From positions 1 to 20,859 of the forward strand of contig CALSSD010000033.1 in assembly GCA_943788915.1 (NCBI GenBank): 20,859 nt of DNA. Direction: 5' to 3'. Of the stretch, positions 16,833-20,859 are shown in pieces (the stretch's first letter is position 1; each line of letters begins with the position of its first letter). The stretch comes from an uncultured Acidimicrobiales bacterium. Its GTDB lineage: Bacteria; Actinomycetota; Acidimicrobiia; Acidimicrobiales; UBA10347. The position numbers and the translations under genes were made by a program. The notes beneath the pieces were generated by a model. That model saw only the letters and a list, made by a program, of their open reading frames with translations. It made no database searches and had not been told where the DNA came from.

Positions 16833-18161
16833 ATGCTTACCAGCCGATTAACCGCTACCGATCGCGAGATGTTCGCGCTGGCGATACCGGCGTTGGGTGC
16901 TCTGATTGCCGAGCCCCTCTATGTCCTTGCCGATACCGCCGTGGTCGGCAATATCGGTACCGCTGAACTCGGCGGACTCGGCCTAGCGGCCCAGGTCATC
17001 GGCACCGTCCTGTCGATTTCATTGTTCCTGGCCTACGGCACCACCTCGGCAGTCTCACGTCTATTGGGGGCAGGCAGACAACGTGATGCCGCCAACCAAG
17101 CAGTGCAAGGTCTATGGATCGCTGTAGCCGCCGGCATCGTCTTCGCTGCCATCTGTTTCGCCTTCGCTCCGCAAATGCTCCGGCTTCTCCAAGCATCCGA
17201 TGACGTCGAGAAGTTCGGGGTGCGTTACCTACGGGTTTCAGTCTTCGGGTTTCCCGCCATGTTGCTGGTTATGGCCGGGGTCGGTTATCTCCGTGGACTG
17301 AAGGACACCAAACGCCCGTTGTACATTGCGTTGGGTACTGCCACAGGCAACCTGTTCCTTGAGCTGTTCCTGGTCTTTGGTCTGGGATTTGGTGTCGGCG
17401 CTTCGGCGTTATCGACCGTGGTCTTCCAGTGGGTCGGCGCTGGGTTCTATCTGTGGTGGATCGGCCATGCTGCCAGCGAACATGACGTTGGCTGGCGGCC
17501 CGACAGTGTGGCGTTGCGAGCATTGGGTCGCGACGGCGTTTCGCTGTTCATACGCACGACGTCGCTCCGGGTCTCATTTATTGTTGCGGCAGCATTCGCT
17601 GCAGCGAAAGGCGAAGCGTCGCTCGGGGCTCACGAGATCGCAAGCCAACTCTTCTACTTCGTGGCGCTGGCGTTGGACGCGATCGCCATTGCCGGCCAGG
17701 CAATGGTTGGCACCTTGTTGGGAGCTAACGACGCACCCCGAGCGTTGAGCACCGGCCGACGGCTCGTGGTGTGGGGCATCGGTCTGGGTGTTGTTGCTTC
17801 CGGTCTTCTCCTACTGGTGCGCCCGGTCCTTCCCGACTTGTTCACGAACGACCCCGCGGTCATCGACAAGACACTCGGCGTGCTCTTGCTACTCGCGATC
17901 ATGCAACCGTTGGCCGGCGCAGTTTTCGCGCTCGACGGCATTCTCATCGGCGCTGGTGACATGCGCTTCTTGGCATATGCCATGGCCGCCAACAGTGTCT
18001 TCTTTTTGGGCCTGCTGTGGATCGTGCAGATCGTCGACGGCGGACTGATCGGATTGTGGATCGCCCTCGTCCTCTTCATCGCTGCCCGGGCAGTAACACT
18101 AGGCTGGCGGATCAAGGGCGACGCGTGGATTGTCACCGGGGCGCACCGCAGCGGAACCTGA
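16833..18161 (+). CDS. MATE family efflux transporter, DinF-like
   Basis: LAIPALGALIAEPLYVLADTAVVG, FLAYGTT, GYLRGLKDTKRPL, LALDAIAIAGQAMVG, VFALDGILIGAGD; about 12 hydrophobic segments. Confidence 0.93.
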   Translation: MLTSRLTATDREMFALAIPALGALIAEPLYVLADTAVVGNIGTAELGGLGLAAQVIGTVLSISLFLAYGTTSAVSRLLGAGRQRDAANQAVQGLWIAVAAGIVFAAICFAFAPQMLRLLQASDDVEKFGVRYLRVSVFGFPAMLLVMAGVGYLRGLKDTKRPLYIALGTATGNLFLELFLVFGLGFGVGASALSTVVFQWVGAGFYLWWIGHAASEHDVGWRPDSVALRALGRDGVSLFIRTTSLRVSFIVAAAFAAAKGEASLGAHEIASQLFYFVALALDAIAIAGQAMVGTLLGANDAPRALSTGRRLVVWGIGLGVVASGLLLLVRPVLPDLFTNDPAVIDKTLGVLLLLAIMQPLAGAVFALDGILIGAGDMRFLAYAMAANSVFFLGLLWIVQIVDGGLIGLWIALVLFIAARAVTLGWRIKGDAWIVTGAHRSGT

Positions 18162-18210
18162 CCCCCGTCGAACAGCATTGACGGTAGCCAGACCGGTACG
18201 GTGCTGATCA

Positions 18211-18900
18211 ATGCAGGAACTGTGGCCGAATCCCAATCCTGACGTCGATATCGCGGCACGACTTGCCGCCGATGCACGTCCGAAACCTATGGGTCGCCCG
18301 TGGGTCACGCTGATCATGATCACTTCAATCGATGGCGCAATTGCGCTCGACGGCGTCTCGGGTGGGCTCGGTTCACCCGCCGACCACCAACGATTCGTTG
18401 CCGCCCGGCGCCATGCTGATGCCATTGTGGTTGGGGCTACCACCGTTGCCGCCGAGGACTATCAACCCACCGCCGTACCTATTGCGGTTCTGACGGGATC
18501 CTTGTCGCCTGATCCCGCCGCTCGCCTGTTCAGCGACGCTGACAACCAACCAATCCTGTACACAACCAACCAGGCTGCGGAGACCCATGGGCCAGACTTT
18601 GACGGCATCGCCGAGGTGGTAGCTCTCGGTGATTCGGTTGATCCGGAACGGGTCCTCGCAGACCTGGATAGTCGGGGGATGCAGGCGGTGATGCTCGAAG
18701 GAGGGCCGACCCTTAACAGCCACTTCCTCCGAGCAGATCTTGTAGACGAGATGCTCATCAGCTATTCACCGTTGATCGCCGGTGGCACGGGACACCGGCT
18801 GACGAACGGTGGGTTTATGCCCGACGAACGCCGCTTCGGCGTTGACCGGGTGCTGTTGGCAGACGATCTGATCTTTGCCCGGTACCTGCGGCAGCGCTAA
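18211..18900 (+). CDS. RibD C-terminal domain (pyrimidine reductase / DHFR-like) protein
   Basis: RPWVTLIMITSIDGA, SGGLGSPAD, ADAIVVGATTV, LEGGPTLN, LVDEM, SPLIAGG. Confidence 0.9.
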   Translation: MQELWPNPNPDVDIAARLAADARPKPMGRPWVTLIMITSIDGAIALDGVSGGLGSPADHQRFVAARRHADAIVVGATTVAAEDYQPTAVPIAVLTGSLSPDPAARLFSDADNQPILYTTNQAAETHGPDFDGIAEVVALGDSVDPERVLADLDSRGMQAVMLEGGPTLNSHFLRADLVDEMLISYSPLIAGGTGHRLTNGGFMPDERRFGVDRVLLADDLIFARYLRQR

Positions 18901-18960
18901 TCAACCCACCGCAGCCAAGCCACCGGCAGACACCGGCAACGATGCCCTAGCCAACACCGC

Positions 18961-19434
18961 TCAGCCGGCCGATGCCAACAACGCCCTGTCAACAATGAGT
19001 CGCTGACCAACGACTAGGTCGCTTCCGCCGTTGGCACTCCGCAACCGTTCGCCAACCACGACTGGTTTCGGGGCTCCCAGGTCGGCAGCGATCGCTGCAT
19101 ACGAGTCGCCCGGCAGCACGACATGCACCAGCGGTGTTGTGTCGGTGGCTACCGACGCAGGGGTGCTTGAGAAGCTGGTGAGCGAAACCCCAGACGCCAA
19201 TGCGACGATCACGATCATGGTGGTGACCGCGAGTAGAGCGAGGAACCGCCGGCGGCGGTAGACCTCGACCGAGGCGTTCAGCGCCGGCGCAACCGCAGGG
19301 AGGACACGACTAGCGCCACCGCCCTGGATCAGTCGAAGCTGGGGGCGGCCTGAGACAGTGCCATCGAAGCCGGTGCCATCTGAATCGTCGAAGCGGTCGA
19401 GGGCCGGATCAAATGCGAAAGCGGTTGCAGTCAT
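18961..19434 (-). CDS. Membrane-anchored LysM-domain protein divergent from lexA; probable SOS cell-division inhibitor (ChiZ/YneA-like)
   Basis: VYRRRR followed by one hydrophobic segment and a degenerate LysM (HVVLPGDSYAAIAADL...LVVGQRLIV); GGAGG-like RBS (caggaagaa) upstream; shares SOS boxes with lexA. Confidence 0.8.
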   Translation of the reverse strand: MTATAFAFDPALDRFDDSDGTGFDGTVSGRPQLRLIQGGGASRVLPAVAPALNASVEVYRRRRFLALLAVTTMIVIVALASGVSLTSFSSTPASVATDTTPLVHVVLPGDSYAAIAADLGAPKPVVVGERLRSANGGSDLVVGQRLIVDRALLASAG

Positions 19435-19594
19435 GGGTTCATTCTTCCTGAGGGGTGTGACACTCTCGATTGGGATGCAGCGGGGCTGCGTGCCGGAGAG
19501 CTTCTGTCGCGTGTGGTGGGTCGCAGAAGAGGTATGAGGCGGTCTCCACGAGATTCAACAGAATTATGTGGATTTGCCCGTCAAATACTTGACT

Positions 19595-19672
19595 TCGAAC
19601 GCTCGTTCGGGGAACATGCATTCGTCGTACATGCGTTCGACACTCGGTACTGTAGAACGAACGTTCGTTCGA
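19595..19672. promoter_or_regulatory. Cluster of LexA (SOS) boxes, GAAC-N4-GTTC type
   Basis: tcGAACgctcGTTCgg (19595-19610), ggGAACatgcATTCgt (19610-19625), tcGTACatgcGTTCga (19625-19640), and GAACGAACGTTCGTTC (19655-19670), which holds two overlapping perfect cores. Confidence 0.9.
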
Positions 19673-19727
19673 TTGCAACCCTGAATTTCACCACATGGCT
19701 CAGCCAGCGTGGACAAAGGACATTCCG

Positions 19728-20378
19728 ATGGCACCAGATATGGCACCAAACCACACGCTCACGAGTCGCCAAGAGTCGATTCTGAGTTACATCGCAGACA
19801 CGCTTCGCGAGCGGGGTTTCCCTCCGTCAGTGCGTGAAATCGGCGAAGCGGTCGGTCTCACGTCACCATCCACGGTCCATTCACACCTGGCCACATTGCA
19901 AAAGCATGGTTTTCTGCGCCGTGATCCTGACACACCTCGCGCTATCGAAGTTCGGTACGACCCTCGATCGGGCAAAGTGGCCGACAAAGCAGCAGTCACC
20001 CACGTGCCGCTCATCGGCGACGTAGCGGCAGGTACCGATGTGCTGGCCCAATCCAGCGTCGAAGAGCTCATGCCATTACCGGCCCAGTTCACCAGCGACG
20101 GCGAACTATTCATGCTGTGCGTCCGTGGCGACTCCATGATCGGCGCAGGCATCTTCGATGGCGACTTCGTCGTCGTCCGGGTACAGCCCACCGCTGAGCT
20201 CGGCGAAATAGTCGTAGCCGGCATCCCTGGCGACGAAGGCACGGTCAAACGCCTACACACCAAGTCACGCACCCAGATCATCCTCCAGCCCGAGAACCCG
20301 GCCCTGGAACTCATGGTCTTCACGCCTGACCAAGTCACGATCTTCGGCAAGGTCGTCACCGTCATGCGCAAGCTCTAG
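19728..20378 (+). CDS. lexA: SOS repressor LexA
   Basis: LTSRQESIL, GFPPSVREIGEAVGLTSPSTVHSHL, PRAIE, Ala-Gly cleavage site VAAG, catalytic GDSM and TVKR, GKVVTVMR; AAGGA 7 nt before ATG 19728 (alternative ATG 19740). Confidence 0.97.
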   Translation: MAPDMAPNHTLTSRQESILSYIADTLRERGFPPSVREIGEAVGLTSPSTVHSHLATLQKHGFLRRDPDTPRAIEVRYDPRSGKVADKAAVTHVPLIGDVAAGTDVLAQSSVEELMPLPAQFTSDGELFMLCVRGDSMIGAGIFDGDFVVVRVQPTAELGEIVVAGIPGDEGTVKRLHTKSRTQIILQPENPALELMVFTPDQVTIFGKVVTVMRKL

Positions 20379-20540
20379 TCAACCTGGTCACACCGACCAC
20401 GACTGCGTGTCGTAGGTAGCTTGTCGTTCGTGACGAATCGGGCACCTGGCAGCTGCTACCGCCCCAACGTTTCGCTCGATACGAACCGCTCAGCGGTCAC
20501 CGGTGCATCGCCGCACCTCGATCACGCCTTGCTCATACAA

Positions 20541-20569
20541 TTGACTGTCGACACGAGCGGCGCTAGAAC
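20541..20569 (+). promoter_or_regulatory. Putative sigma70 promoter for a leaderless amidase transcript
   Basis: TTGACT-17 nt-TAGAAC, then 7 nt to ATG 20577; the last -10 base is non-consensus. Confidence 0.45.
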
Positions 20570-20576
20570 GGCAACC

Positions 20577-20859
20577 ATGGTCGCTACTGATAGCCCCCTC
20601 GAGCTCGACGCCACTGCGCAGGCAGCGCTGGTCCGCAACGGCGCAATATCTCCGATCGAGCTCGTCGACTTGGCGTTGGCGCGCATCGACACACGCAACC
20701 CGGCGCTAAACGCGGTGATTCATCGCCGCGATGAGCGAGCCCGGGCCGATGCAGCCGCGGTCGACCCGTCGGCACCGTTCGCCGGCGTTCCGATGGTCCT
20801 CAAAGATCTGATGTGCGAGCTCGCCGACGAACCGTTCCATGAGGGGATGCACTACCTCG
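20577..20859 (+). CDS. Amidase signature family protein, 5' part (runs off the window)
   Basis: MVATDSPLELDATAQAALVRNGAISPIELVDLALARIDTRNPALNAVI...PFAGVPMVLKDL, with the catalytic Lys in the KD motif; not in the ORF track because there is no stop. Confidence 0.9.
   Translation, partial: MVATDSPLELDATAQAALVRNGAISPIELVDLALARIDTRNPALNAVIHRRDERARADAAAVDPSAPFAGVPMVLKDLMCELADEPFHEGMHYL

Noticed and set aside
19728..19751. 12-nt duplication at the lexA start (atggcaccagat/atggcaccaaac)
   Set aside because: Real but trivial; it only makes the start codon ambiguous by four residues.
20379..20540. Possible ncRNA or terminator after lexA; short similarity gcagctg(t)gctaccgc to 6176-6191
   Set aside because: No strong stem or recognisable RNA family; the match is short enough to be chance in GC-rich DNA.

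Overview
GC-rich bacterial window whose backbone looks actinobacterial, probably Acidimicrobiia-like (inferred from an ilvB-ilvN operon with a Val-rich leader-peptide attenuator, a divergent lexA/LysM gene pair with GAAC-N4-GTTC SOS boxes, and many apparently leaderless starts). Gene order: 3' end of a probable ATPase; frameshifted ABC substrate-binding lipoprotein; frameshifted ModF-like tandem ABC ATPase; long (class II) ilvC with divergent ilvY and an intact IlvY operator/promoter; ~1.1 kb of gene debris; ilvN-ilvB with attenuator; NadD-like nucleotidyltransferase; 5'-truncated ROK gene; aldo-keto reductase plus flavin monooxygenase resembling the sulfoquinovose monooxygenase pair SquF/SmoB and SquD/SmoC; FabY-type ketosynthase; GH13 alpha-glucosidase; MATE; RibD-C reductase; LysM protein; lexA; 5' end of an amidase. 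Main points of interest: (1) a candidate oxygenolytic sulfoquinovose-degradation module in an actinobacterial context; (2) a chimeric ilv locus combining native attenuator-controlled ilvBN with a gammaproteobacterial-type ilvY-ilvC(-modF) module; (3) a Pseudomonas-type fabY; (4) the ilv leader and the divergent gene starting in the same CATG. Family assignments come from motif recognition and recalled reference proteins, not from database searches. No rRNA, tRNA, CRISPR array or transposase was seen.
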